This document shows, piece after piece, positions 49,076 to 59,100 of a stretch of DNA of 64,000 nt. The first letter of the stretch is position 1, and every line of letters starts with the position of its first letter. Location: positions 3,936,001 to 4,000,000 of the forward strand of contig OZ244799.1 in the NCBI GenBank assembly GCA_965219955.1, read 5' to 3'. A model generated the notes under the pieces. It was not told where the DNA came from. It did no database searches and was given only the letters and a program-made list of their open reading frames with translations. The position numbers and the translations under genes are program-made. The DNA is from a bacterium. GTDB taxonomy: Bacteria; UBA8248.

Positions 49076-50022
49076 GCCTCTTCCTCCAGCTTTTCCAGGA
49101 CCAGCGGCGTCCGAACGACGAGGGAGAGCGCATCCGCCGGACAGACCCGCTCACACTCCATGCAGGAGGTGCACTCGATCCCGGTCGTATCGGTCATGGG
49201 CGAAAGGCCGAAGGCGCACGCCTGGTTGCAGTCCCCGCAGCCGTCGCAGAGCGAGGGCTTGCGCTCGATGCGGACGACGCGCAGCGGGCTGAGCGCGGAA
49301 TAGAGCGCACCGCCCGGACACAGGTAGCGGCACCAGATCCGCCGGGAGAGGAAAATCTCCACCAGGACGACCGCCAGAAGGAACAACGCCCCTCCGCCCA
49401 GTCCCCCGAAGAAGATGAGCATGTACATCTGCCTGCCGAGAACGGCGGGCGGATAGATGAGCGGGAATATCTGCGCGCCGAGAGCCGCGGTCGCCACGGT
49501 CCCGAGTCCCAGGACGGCGTATTTCGTCCGGCGGTGCAGCCGGAAGTCGCGAAGGGGAACGCCCAGGCGCTTCAGCCATAGCCGGAGGCTGTCCGCCATT
49601 TCCAGAATAAAGTGAACCGGGCAGAGCCACCCGCAGAACACGCGCCCCATGGCCAGCGTGAGGACAAGGAGCGGCAGCGCCGCGAGCAGCACCATGCCGT
49701 ACGCGCCGCCGCCCGCCGCCAGCGCCCCCAGGGCGTTCAACGGCTCCACGAACTTCCACTCGCCGACGCGAAGGGCCCAGGGCGTCCCGGCGAGGGTTTC
49801 AGACAGCGGCCGGGCGTTTCGGGACCTCTCGCCGATGATAGCCGCCTGGGTCCGGACGAGAAAGGCTTGCAGGGGACTCATCTCCGCTATCCGGCGCGCG
49901 GCCAGGCTGTCGCCGTATCTGGCCTGAACGTGTTCTACGACGTCAAAGAGCGCCATGGACGGCGTCGCCAGCACCAGGAGAAAGACGAGGGTCTGGGTCG
50001 TCTTACGCGCCGGATGCCACAT
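49072..50022 (-). CDS. NapH/MauN-like membrane ferredoxin
   Basis: GRVFCGWLCP, WCRYLCPGG and two C-terminal 4Fe-4S motifs. Confidence 0.87.
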   Translation of the reverse strand: MWHPARKTTQTLVFLLVLATPSMALFDVVEHVQARYGDSLAARRIAEMSPLQAFLVRTQAAIIGERSRNARPLSETLAGTPWALRVGEWKFVEPLNALGALAAGGGAYGMVLLAALPLLVLTLAMGRVFCGWLCPVHFILEMADSLRLWLKRLGVPLRDFRLHRRTKYAVLGLGTVATAALGAQIFPLIYPPAVLGRQMYMLIFFGGLGGGALFLLAVVLVEIFLSRRIWCRYLCPGGALYSALSPLRVVRIERKPSLCDGCGDCNQACAFGLSPMTDTTGIECTSCMECERVCPADALSLVVRTPLVLEKLEEEA

Positions 50023-51526
50023 GGGCCTTCCTCCGGCGGGCCGCGCGGGTCCGCCTCCGGTGGAAAAAGAGGAGCAGGACGAACAGCAGAACGCCGCCCG
50101 TTGCCACATACGGCATCCATGAGACGGTATCGCCCCAGACTTCGACCGAGACGGACCCCTGAAACCCCTCGGCGACGAGCCTCAGGTCATAAAGCCCCGG
50201 TCCCGGCACCGACTGGCGGACCCGGTACACGGCTTCCTCGAAGGGCCGGTCGTGCCGGAAAGCCGCAAGCCGGGTCTTCCCCCGGCGCACCTCGATGGTC
50301 AGGGGGCCCGTGTAGCTTTGTCCGGTCCGGGCGTCCGTGAGGCTGACGTAGAACTGCACGTCGTCCGGCGTGTCCGATGTCTCCCGGCGCAGCCCCTCGA
50401 AGAAATAGCTCACCACGGTGATGTCGTAGCCGCCGACCCGGACGCGCGTTTCGCGCGTGGGGATCTGCGGATAATTCTCGGCGTAGCCGTAATGTGGTTT
50501 CCCCCGCATGTGGTGGCCGGAAGCGGTGAGCGGGATCAGGAGCAGGGCCAGCCCCAAACCCAGGGAGACGCCCTTTTTCAGGCGCGAGAGAAGTCCGGCG
50601 GGAAAGCGTCGGGGGGAGGGGGCGATTCCCAGGGTCAGGAGGTCGTCGGGGCACGCGGTCGTGCAGACCCCGCAGTTGTAGCATTCGGCCAGAGAGAACG
50701 CCTTCGCCGGGTTGACTCCCATCGGGCAGGCTCTCGCGCAGGCCGTGCAGCCCTCGATGCAGGAACGCTCGGCCTTGCGCACCCGGAAGGGGGCCAGCGA
50801 GCCGAAGAAGCCCAGGAGCGCGCCGGTCGGGCAGAGGGAGCGGCACCACGCCCGGCGCGAAAGGAGCAACTCGGCCAGGATGACGCCTGAGAAGATCAGG
50901 ACGCCGCCGTTGGTGGCGCCGAACACCATCAGGGAGAACACGTCCCGCCCGATCTGAACGTGGGGGAGGAGGTTCGCCCACAGGGCGATGTTGAATACGA
51001 CCGCCGCGATCAGCCCTGTGAGGAGCAGCGCCCACTTGGCCCACCGGGGAACTTTGAGGTCCGGCGGACGGACCCCGATCTTCGGCAGCGCGCGCTGCCT
51101 CAGGAGGTCGAACCCCTCGAGAAGGGTGTTCACCGGGCAGACCCACCCGCAGAAGACCCGCCCGAGGACGACGGCCAGGAGAAGCGGGAACGCGGCCCCC
51201 GCCAGGAGGGCCGGCCAGGCACCCGGCGTGCGGAACACGGTTTCCGCCGCGACCACCGGGTCGAGAATCGGGAACCCGAACACGGAGAACGACCCGAAGT
51301 TGCCTACCCAGTCCATCGAGCGGACTGCGGGGTCCGGCAGGCGCCCGATAGTGATCGAGAACAGGTGGTAGAGCCATTGCTCGAAGACGGTTCCCGTGAG
51401 GGAAATCTTGTGGTAGCCGTTCTTGCCGTACTGCTGGTAGAGGATGCCCCCGTAATTGAGGGCGGGCACGGCCAGGAGCAGGCCGAGCGCCCCCAGCTGA
51501 ATCACTCGTCTCAGCCGCCGGACCAC
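50003..51526 (-). CDS. NapH-like membrane ferredoxin fused to a C-terminal extracytoplasmic domain
   Basis: GRVFCGWVCP, WCRSLCP and two Fe-S motifs, then TM + HHMRGKPHYGY domain + TM. Confidence 0.8.
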   Translation of the reverse strand: MVRRLRRVIQLGALGLLLAVPALNYGGILYQQYGKNGYHKISLTGTVFEQWLYHLFSITIGRLPDPAVRSMDWVGNFGSFSVFGFPILDPVVAAETVFRTPGAWPALLAGAAFPLLLAVVLGRVFCGWVCPVNTLLEGFDLLRQRALPKIGVRPPDLKVPRWAKWALLLTGLIAAVVFNIALWANLLPHVQIGRDVFSLMVFGATNGGVLIFSGVILAELLLSRRAWCRSLCPTGALLGFFGSLAPFRVRKAERSCIEGCTACARACPMGVNPAKAFSLAECYNCGVCTTACPDDLLTLGIAPSPRRFPAGLLSRLKKGVSLGLGLALLLIPLTASGHHMRGKPHYGYAENYPQIPTRETRVRVGGYDITVVSYFFEGLRRETSDTPDDVQFYVSLTDARTGQSYTGPLTIEVRRGKTRLAAFRHDRPFEEAVYRVRQSVPGPGLYDLRLVAEGFQGSVSVEVWGDTVSWMPYVATGGVLLFVLLLFFHRRRTRAARRRKAHVASGA

Positions 51527-51530
51527 GGTA

Positions 51531-52121
51531 TCAGGACTCGGCCGGGACGATGCGGATCGCCTGGGGGACGTGGATGCAGGCGCGCTCGCAGAGCCCGCAG
51601 CCCACGCAGGCGTCCGTCACGATGGGCTGCTCGTACATCCCGGTCTTCATGGCCACCCCGGGGAAGGGGCAGGCGCGGATGCACACCCCGCAGGTGCGCC
51701 CCTGGTAGGAGAAGCACATGGAGCGATCCACCACCGCGCGCCCCATCTTGACCTCGGTGAGGACGGCGTCGCCGTCTGCGGCGATTCGGGTCAGCGCCCC
51801 CGTCGGGCAGACTTCGGTGCACTTCATGCAGAGCATGCAGGCCTGTTCGCGGGGGACGATGTAGGGCGTGTTGAGGTTTCGCAGGCCCTGCCCGAACCCG
51901 GTCATCTGGATGGCGGTGTTCGGACAGACGGCGGCGCACCTCGCGCAGCGGATGCACCGTTCGAGGAAGTCCTGTTCGCTCAGCGCGCCGGGCGGGCGGA
52001 GGAATCGGCGAAAGCGCGTAGCGGCTCTCGCGAAACCCCTCCGTCCGGCCGCGAGCAAGGAGGCGACGCCTGTGAGCGCCGCCGCTCCCGCGAGGAGGAA
52101 TTTTCTTCTGTTCAGGCCCAT
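51531..52121 (-). CDS. NapG/MauM-like polyferredoxin with Tat-like N-terminus
   Basis: NRRKFLL, LRPPGA and four Cys clusters. Confidence 0.87.
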   Translation of the reverse strand: MGLNRRKFLLAGAAALTGVASLLAAGRRGFARAATRFRRFLRPPGALSEQDFLERCIRCARCAAVCPNTAIQMTGFGQGLRNLNTPYIVPREQACMLCMKCTEVCPTGALTRIAADGDAVLTEVKMGRAVVDRSMCFSYQGRTCGVCIRACPFPGVAMKTGMYEQPIVTDACVGCGLCERACIHVPQAIRIVPAES

Positions 52122-52202
52122 TCTGCCACCTCCATGTCTCCATACCCGGCGAGACGGGGAAGGCGAGAAACCTCTCCCCGTCCCGCTCGCTGCATCAAGT
52201 AT

Positions 52203-54842
52203 TCAAATCTTCTCGATCCTCGCCTTGACGTGCTTGAAGTCCGCCTGGCCGGATACCGGATCGAAAGCCCGGTGCGTGACCGCGTTGACGAGCCAGCGGT
52301 TCTTCTTCGGGTCGGCGCTGTCCGCGACGGAAAGGTTCCACGGGGAGAACACCTGCCCCGGCATGACCTTGTTGCGCGCGGGCTTGACCTTGCTCTTCGT
52401 GCCGATGCTGGCCCGCGCCTCGTAGCTGCCCCGGGGCGTCACGACCCGGACCCATTCCCCGTCCTCGATTCCGAGCTTCCGGGCGTCGCGGGGATTCATT
52501 TCGAGATACTGCTCCGGCACCAGCCGGCGGGTGGTGGCCGCCCGGATCGTCTTGGTGGTGTGGAAGTGCTCGAAGACGACCCCCAGGTTCAGCCAGAAGG
52601 GGTACTTGTCGGCCTTCTTGATCTCCGCCATGGTCTTTCCGTAGTAGTCGAAATCGGGCAGTTCCGGCGTCAACCCGTTGTCGCGCATCTCGACCAGCAC
52701 GTCGTAATGGTCCATGGCGTAGAAATCCGGGTCCTTGCCCGCTTTCGCGAAGATGTCCGTCAGCTCCTTGGCGCGCGAATAGTCCTGCTCGGTGAGCTTG
52801 AACTTCGCTCTTCCGTCCTTGCGGCGAAAGGCGCTGTAGGGCTTGTCCTTCCAGCCTGTCTCCTGCGCCATGTACTTGCGCGCGATTCCTCCCCCTTTGG
52901 CGATCTCGTACGTCGGGGCGGGATAAAAGACCCCCTTGCGCTTCCGAAGCTGCTCGTAGGGCGAGAGCTTGTCGCGCTTTTCCACCTCCAGCATCCCCGT
53001 CAGGTCCGCATCCGATCCCTTGCTGGCCCGTATGATGTCCCGGTAGACCTCTTCGGGGTCATAGAAGCCGTCCGCTTTCCTCGCGTAGGGGAATATCTTC
53101 TCCGCGTCCAGGCCGAGCTTTTTGGCGATGGACTTGCCCTCGTCGATGATGACGTCCAGATCGGGCCTGCAGTTCCTGGGCGGCTCCATGGCCTTGTCCG
53201 TGACGTACATCTTCCGCTCGCTGTTCTGGTACACCCCCCATTTCTCCCCGTGGGTGGCGGCGGGGAAGATGACATCGCCGTAGAGCAGGTTCGGGGCGTG
53301 CCGGTAGGCCTCCACCATGTAGGTGAACGTCTTGGTGATGGCGGGCCGGATGAGGGTGTCCACCTCCGGCAGATCCACGTGGGTGGCGTAGGCGAACTGC
53401 ATTATCTTGATGTCGCCCTTCAAGGCGCGCTCGAACATGCCGATGGTCATGCCCTTGTTCGGGGCGGCGGCGGTGACGTCGAGCCGTCCCGGCGGCAGGC
53501 CCCAGGCCTCGTTGATCTTCTTGCGGTGCGCGGCGTTCTTGATGCCCTCGTTGAACGGGAGCCGTCCGGTCAGGCCGCCCATGAGGCGTTCGCTCATGGC
53601 GTTGGGCTGCCCCGTCATGGAGAAGGGCCCCGCGCCCGGCCGGCCGATGTTCCCGGTCAGCAGGTGGAGGTTGATGATGTTGATGTTGCGGTGCTGCCCG
53701 TGGAGCGACTGGTTGTACCCGATCCCCCAGAAAGAGAGGACGCCGCCTTTCTTGCGCCGCCTGCCCTTCATGGTGGCGTCCGCCCAGATCGAGGCGATCC
53801 GCCTGACCACGGAGGGGGCGATCCCCGTCCGGTCGATGACCTGCTCCGGGCTGTAGCGGGCCATGATGCCCGCGCGGTAATCGTCGAACCCGTCCGTGTG
53901 CTGCCGGATGAAGGCCTCGTCCACGGTCTGGGGGAACTCCTTCATCAGGACGTGGGCGATGGCGTTCTGGAGGGAGAGGTCGCCGTTGGGGCGGATGGTG
54001 ATCGAGAGGCTGTTGTTGGGGTTGATCTGGGCGTAGCCGTCCATGGTCCCGGTGTAGCGCGGGTCGACCACCATGGTCGGGATGTTGCGCTTCTCCTTGG
54101 TGGCCGCCACGCGCCAGAACAGGACGGGGTGCGACCCGCGCGCGTTGTGGCCCCAGTGGTTGATGAAGTCGGCGTCCTCAATGTCGGAATAGTTCCCCGG
54201 CGGGTGGTCGCTCCCGAGGCTGTGGATGTAGCCCGTCACGGCCGAGGTCATGCACATCCGGGCGTTGGCCTCGATGCTGTTCGACTGGAGGACGCCCTTG
54301 TAGAAGATGTTGTCCAGCCATTGCTCCTCCATGGTCAACTGGCCGGACTGGTAGATCCCCACGGAGTTCCCCCCGTGCTTCTTCACGACCCCGACGACCA
54401 TGTTCGAGACGATGTCCATGCCTTCTTCCCACGTGCCGACGCGGAAGACGTCCTTATCGAAGCGCCCTTTCGTCTTCGAGACGTGCCCGGTCAGCGGGTT
54501 GGACATGTCCTTTCGGATCAGGACCTCCTCCAGCCGGTCGACGTAGAGGGACTCCGCGGCCGTGAGGCCCTTGATGCACTGAAGCCCCAGGTTGACGGGG
54601 GAGTCCTTGTCCGGGATGCACGCCACGATCTTTTCATTCTCGACGACGTAGTAGGTGTGGCACCCCACGCCGCAGTAGGGGCATTGCGTGGGGACGAGCT
54701 TCCGCGTGTCCTGGGCGCCTTCCGCCTCTCCGACGAGCTGGAACAGCTCCTTGTCGCGGGTCAGGGCCCCGCCCATGGCGAGCCCGGTGGCGAGCGCGGT
54801 GGACGACTGCAGAAACGCACGGCGATTGAATTTCGGCATCAC
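52203..54842 (-). CDS. napA: Tat-exported molybdopterin oxidoreductase, periplasmic nitrate reductase-like catalytic subunit
   Basis: NRRAFLQ; CPYCGVGC...CIKG; NARMCMTSAV (Mo-Cys); SMTGQPNA; DPVSGQADFK. Confidence 0.75.
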   Translation of the reverse strand: MMPKFNRRAFLQSSTALATGLAMGGALTRDKELFQLVGEAEGAQDTRKLVPTQCPYCGVGCHTYYVVENEKIVACIPDKDSPVNLGLQCIKGLTAAESLYVDRLEEVLIRKDMSNPLTGHVSKTKGRFDKDVFRVGTWEEGMDIVSNMVVGVVKKHGGNSVGIYQSGQLTMEEQWLDNIFYKGVLQSNSIEANARMCMTSAVTGYIHSLGSDHPPGNYSDIEDADFINHWGHNARGSHPVLFWRVAATKEKRNIPTMVVDPRYTGTMDGYAQINPNNSLSITIRPNGDLSLQNAIAHVLMKEFPQTVDEAFIRQHTDGFDDYRAGIMARYSPEQVIDRTGIAPSVVRRIASIWADATMKGRRRKKGGVLSFWGIGYNQSLHGQHRNINIINLHLLTGNIGRPGAGPFSMTGQPNAMSERLMGGLTGRLPFNEGIKNAAHRKKINEAWGLPPGRLDVTAAAPNKGMTIGMFERALKGDIKIMQFAYATHVDLPEVDTLIRPAITKTFTYMVEAYRHAPNLLYGDVIFPAATHGEKWGVYQNSERKMYVTDKAMEPPRNCRPDLDVIIDEGKSIAKKLGLDAEKIFPYARKADGFYDPEEVYRDIIRASKGSDADLTGMLEVEKRDKLSPYEQLRKRKGVFYPAPTYEIAKGGGIARKYMAQETGWKDKPYSAFRRKDGRAKFKLTEQDYSRAKELTDIFAKAGKDPDFYAMDHYDVLVEMRDNGLTPELPDFDYYGKTMAEIKKADKYPFWLNLGVVFEHFHTTKTIRAATTRRLVPEQYLEMNPRDARKLGIEDGEWVRVVTPRGSYEARASIGTKSKVKPARNKVMPGQVFSPWNLSVADSADPKKNRWLVNAVTHRAFDPVSGQADFKHVKARIEKI

Positions 54843-55579
54843 TTGTCCCTCCAGGGGTCTACGGGTCCCGAATCGCGTTTTTCCCAGGTGCGGATGTAGG
54901 CGACGATGTCGTTAATCTCCTCCTCGGTCAGCTCCACCATGCCCTGCTTCCCCTTGAGGTAGGCGCCCATCGGCGTACCGACCCGGCCCTGCATCATCGT
55001 CGCCTTGATGTAGCCGTCGGTGGCGGATTTGAGAAAACCCTGGTTGTTCAGGGCCGGTCCGGCGTAGCCCGCCATGGCGTTGGTCACGTGGCCTCCGCCC
55101 ACCTGGGGGCCGCCGAGGCCGTCCCGCCCATGGCAGCCGGAGCACATCCCGTCGAAAAACTCCTTTCCGCGGGATACGGAGCCCGCCACCCGTTTTTGAT
55201 CGATCCCGGCGTAGTCGCGGAGCTGCCAGCTCCGCACATAGGTCGCGATGGCTTCGATGTCTTCTTTTTTCAGGAAAGTCCCGTACGGGATCATCTGGCG
55301 CGGCAGCCGCCCGTAGAAGATGGAGCGGCGGATGTACCCTTCGGGGGCGACGGCCAGGAAGCTTTGCAGGTTCAGGGGGAGACCCACGCCTCCTTGGCCG
55401 TTCTTACCGTGGCAGGCCGCGCAGTGTATCAGGTAGAGCCGGCTGCCCTTCGAATAGACGGAATCCCATTTGGAATCGCGATCGAAGGCGTTGGTTCCGG
55501 TGGGAAGAAGAAGCGTGGCTGTCAGCACGAAAGAGAAGAGAAAACCGACGAGAACCGGGAATGAATGCCACTGTTTCAT
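54839..55579 (-). CDS. diheme c-type cytochrome
   Basis: Signal peptide; CAACH and CSGCH, each with a downstream candidate Met ligand. Confidence 0.9.
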   Translation of the reverse strand: MKQWHSFPVLVGFLFSFVLTATLLLPTGTNAFDRDSKWDSVYSKGSRLYLIHCAACHGKNGQGGVGLPLNLQSFLAVAPEGYIRRSIFYGRLPRQMIPYGTFLKKEDIEAIATYVRSWQLRDYAGIDQKRVAGSVSRGKEFFDGMCSGCHGRDGLGGPQVGGGHVTNAMAGYAGPALNNQGFLKSATDGYIKATMMQGRVGTPMGAYLKGKQGMVELTEEEINDIVAYIRTWEKRDSGPVDPWRDK

Positions 55580-56152
55580 GAGTGCTCTCCTCTCGAACAG
55601 TCTCTGTTCCTATGTTGGTGGGACGAGCCTTGCTTGATCTCCTTTCTCTTATCCCCCGGATGGGGGCCGAATCTCATGCGTCGGGCGATGCGCTTGACTC
55701 ACGCCTATATAATTAAAAATAGGTTCGAGGGGCTGAATTGTCAAAGAAAACTTCCGGCCCTCATGGATGCGGCTGGAGGGCGAGTTTCGCCGCAGCATCA
55801 GGCGGCCAGGAGGCGGCGGGCGCGGGCAGGATCATCCGCCGTTCCGGCGGGCTCGAGGCGGAATGCAGCGGCGTCGCTCTCGCTCACGCCGGGGGCCCGG
55901 TGCCTGAGACGCCCCGGCATGGACTGGCGCTGTGCCGGCAGACAAACCGCCTGAAACTTCGCGGCTCGGTGCGAGATAGATCCGTCAACAAATCCCGGGC
56001 GTCCCCGCAGAGCGTATCCGGTCGAGGCGTCATCGCCCCGAAAAAAGTTGTTGAGTCCTCCTGTAGCGCCCTTTATGATGGGCTTGTTCCAGAACGACGT
56101 CATGGCGGCAAGGAGAAGTGTTACGCGAGGAAATCCGAACCTGGAGGAGAAC

Positions 56153-59100
56153 TTGAAGCATTCAGACGGGAATTTCGATCCTTCCGAAAAAACCGAAAAC
56201 GGGGCGCCGGTGACTTCGCGGCCCGCGGAGCCCATCGCGATCGTGGGCATGGCGTGCCGCTTCCCCAATGCCGTCGGCATTCCGGCCTTCTGGCGTCTGC
56301 TCGAAGCCGGCGAGAACGCGGTGACCGAGGGCGTTCCGGGTTCGGGCGTGGGGCGCGTGGGCGTGCTTTTCCCCGACGCCGGGGTCCAGAGCGACGCCTG
56401 CCGTTTCGGCGCCTATCTCGACGAGATCGACCGGTTCGACGCCGCGTTCTTCCGCATATCGCCGGTCGAGGCGCACCTCCTCGACCCCCAGCAGCGCCTC
56501 ATGCTGGAGACGAGCTGGCGCGCGCTCGAAGATGCGGGGATGGACCCGGAAAGGCTCAGGGGCAGCCGCACCGGCGTATACGGGGGAGTCAGCAACAACG
56601 AATACCGCAGCCTGATCATGGACGTGAGCGATACAGCGGAACCCGCCACGAGCCTGTATACGGTGAGCGGCACCTCCTTCAACACGGCGGTGGGACGGGT
56701 TTCCTTCGCACTGGGTCTGGAGGGGCCGGCGATCGCGCTGGACACCGCCTGCTCCTCGTCGCTGGTCGCGGTGCACCAGGCGGTGGCGGGCCTGCAGCGG
56801 CGCGAAGCGGACCTCGCCCTGGCGGGAGGGGTGCACACGATCCTCTCGGGCCGCCTGCTGGAGTTGCGCGGCAACGCCGGGATGCTCTCGCCCGACGGGC
56901 GGTGCGCGACCTTCGACGCCGCCGCGAACGGGTACGTGCGGGGCGAGGGCTGCGGAATCGTGGCGCTCAAGCGTCTCGCCGAGGCGGAAGCGGACGGCGA
57001 CCGCATCTGGGGCGTGATTCGCGGGTCGGCCATCAACCAGGACGGCGCGAGTCCGGGGCTGACGGTGCCGAGCGGCCCGGCGCAGGAGCGGGTGATCGCG
57101 GCGGCGCTGGCGCAAGCCGGAATCCAGCCCCATGAAGTCGATTATCTCGAAGCGCACGGGACGGGAACGGAGGTGGGCGACCCGATCGAGCTGGAAGCGG
57201 CGGCTGCGGCTTACGGCAAGGGTCGCGATGCGGGCCGACCGCTCCTGATCGGCTCGGTGAAAACCAACATCGGACACCTCGAATCGTCGGCCGGAGTCGC
57301 CGGCCTGATCAAGGCGACGCTGGCCCTGAAGCAGGGGGTGGTTCCCAGGCACCTCCACTTCCGGGAGCCTACTCCGGCGGTGGACTGGGAGCGGATGTCC
57401 CTGCAGGTGGCGGCGGAGGCGACGGAGTGGCCGCGCCATCCCGGTCATCCCCCGAGGGCGGGCGTCAGCGGGTTCGGCTGGTCGGGCACGAACGCCCACG
57501 TCATCGTCGAGAGATACGAAGGGCCGGCGGGGGATTCCACCGTCGGCTCCATGGTTGAACCCGCGGGTTCCGCACTGCCGGTCACCGTTTCCCTGCCTGA
57601 AGCGCTGGCGGACCCGCCGCCGGCGGAAGACGGACCCGGAGCCCGCGAAACAAGGCTCCTTCCGCTGTCGGGCAAGTCCGAGGGCGCGCTTCGCGAGTTG
57701 GCGGGGCGGTATCTCTCCTGGCTTGATGAGCGCGGCGAAGAGTTCGCTTCCCAAAGCGCCGCCTCGGAGCCGCTGCTTTCGGACATGGCGTGGACGGCCG
57801 CTGTCGGGCGGAGCCATTTCACGCACCGCGCGGGGCTGCTCTTCGACGACGCGGCGCGGCTTCGCGAGCGGTTGAACGCCCTGGCCGAAGGAGTTGATCC
57901 GCCGGAACCAGGGACGGCGGCCAGGGTGGCGTTCCTCTTCACCGGTCAGGGCAGCCAGTGGGTCGGCATGGGGCGGGACCTGTACGAGAGCGAACCGGTG
58001 GCGCGGGCGGTTCTCGATCGTTGTGAGGAAGTCGCTCGCGCAACACGGGGCGCCTCGCTTCTGGACGTGATGTTCGCTCAAGGCGGGGGAGATCTCTACG
58101 ACACGGTTTGGGCGCAGCCGGCCATCTACGCGCTCGAGTGCGCGGTCACGGCGCTCTGGGCGAGCCTGGGGGTTCGCCCGGACGTGGTGGTGGGGCACAG
58201 CGTCGGTGAGTTCGGGGCGGCGCATACGGCGGGCGTGTTCGGACTCGAAGACGGGATGCGGGCCGTCATGGGGCGGAGCGAAATACTGGCGTCGGTCCCG
58301 GAAGCCGGGACGATGGCGGCCGTCTTCGCTCCCTACTCGATAGTCGAGGAGGCGGTGCGTGCGTACAACGAGTCGGCCGGTAGCGAGAGGCTTGCGATTG
58401 CGGCGAGGAACGGGGCGCACCAGGTGTTGAGCGGTCAGGTCTCCGCGGTCGAGGCGGTCTCGCAGCGCTTCGAGGCCGAAGAAGTCCGGGTGAGGCCGAT
58501 CCACACGAGCCAGGCGTTCCACAGCCCCCTGGTGGAGCCTGTTCTGGATACGCTGGAAAGTCTTTTCGGCGGATTCGAGATATCAGCGGCCTCGCGCACC
58601 ACGCTGGTGAGCAACGTGACGGGCCGGGTCGTGGAGCCGGACGAGATACTCGGCGGAGCGTACTGGCGCCGCCACGCCCGCGAGGCGGTGGCCTTCGACC
58701 TCGGCGTCAGGACGCTGGCGAATCTGGGCGTCGACCTGGTGGTGGAAGTCGGTCCGCACGCGGTGCTGGGCCCGATGCTGTCTTTCGCCTGGCCGGGGCC
58801 GGATGACGGTGCGGATGCCGCAGGTGTGGACGTCGAGGCTCCTCGCGTTTTGGCGAGCCTGCAAAGGCCCTCGCAGGACGAGGGTGCGTCGGCGGACGAG
58901 CTCGAGACGGGTTTCATGGGCGCGGTGGCCGGGGCCTATGAGGCCGGAGTCGACCTCTCCTTCGAGGGATTGTTCGCCGGAGAGAGCAGGCGGCGCATCT
59001 CGCTGCCGGGCTATCCGTTCCAGCGCGAACGGTTCTGGGTCGAGGGGCCGAAACGGCGCCGGCAAAGCGCAGGGCACCCGCTGCTGGGCGAGAGACATGA

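Noticed and set aside
52203-54842. Formate dehydrogenase or Sec-containing molybdoenzyme
   Set aside because: There is no in-frame TGA, and the ligand motif is C-M (nitrate reductase type), not C/U-H.
51570-54899. 1109-aa plus-strand ORF and similar long antisense ORFs (5391-6644, 28584-30098, 41146-42720, 44435-46060)
   Set aside because: They are shadows of well-supported genes on the opposite strand, expected at high GC3.
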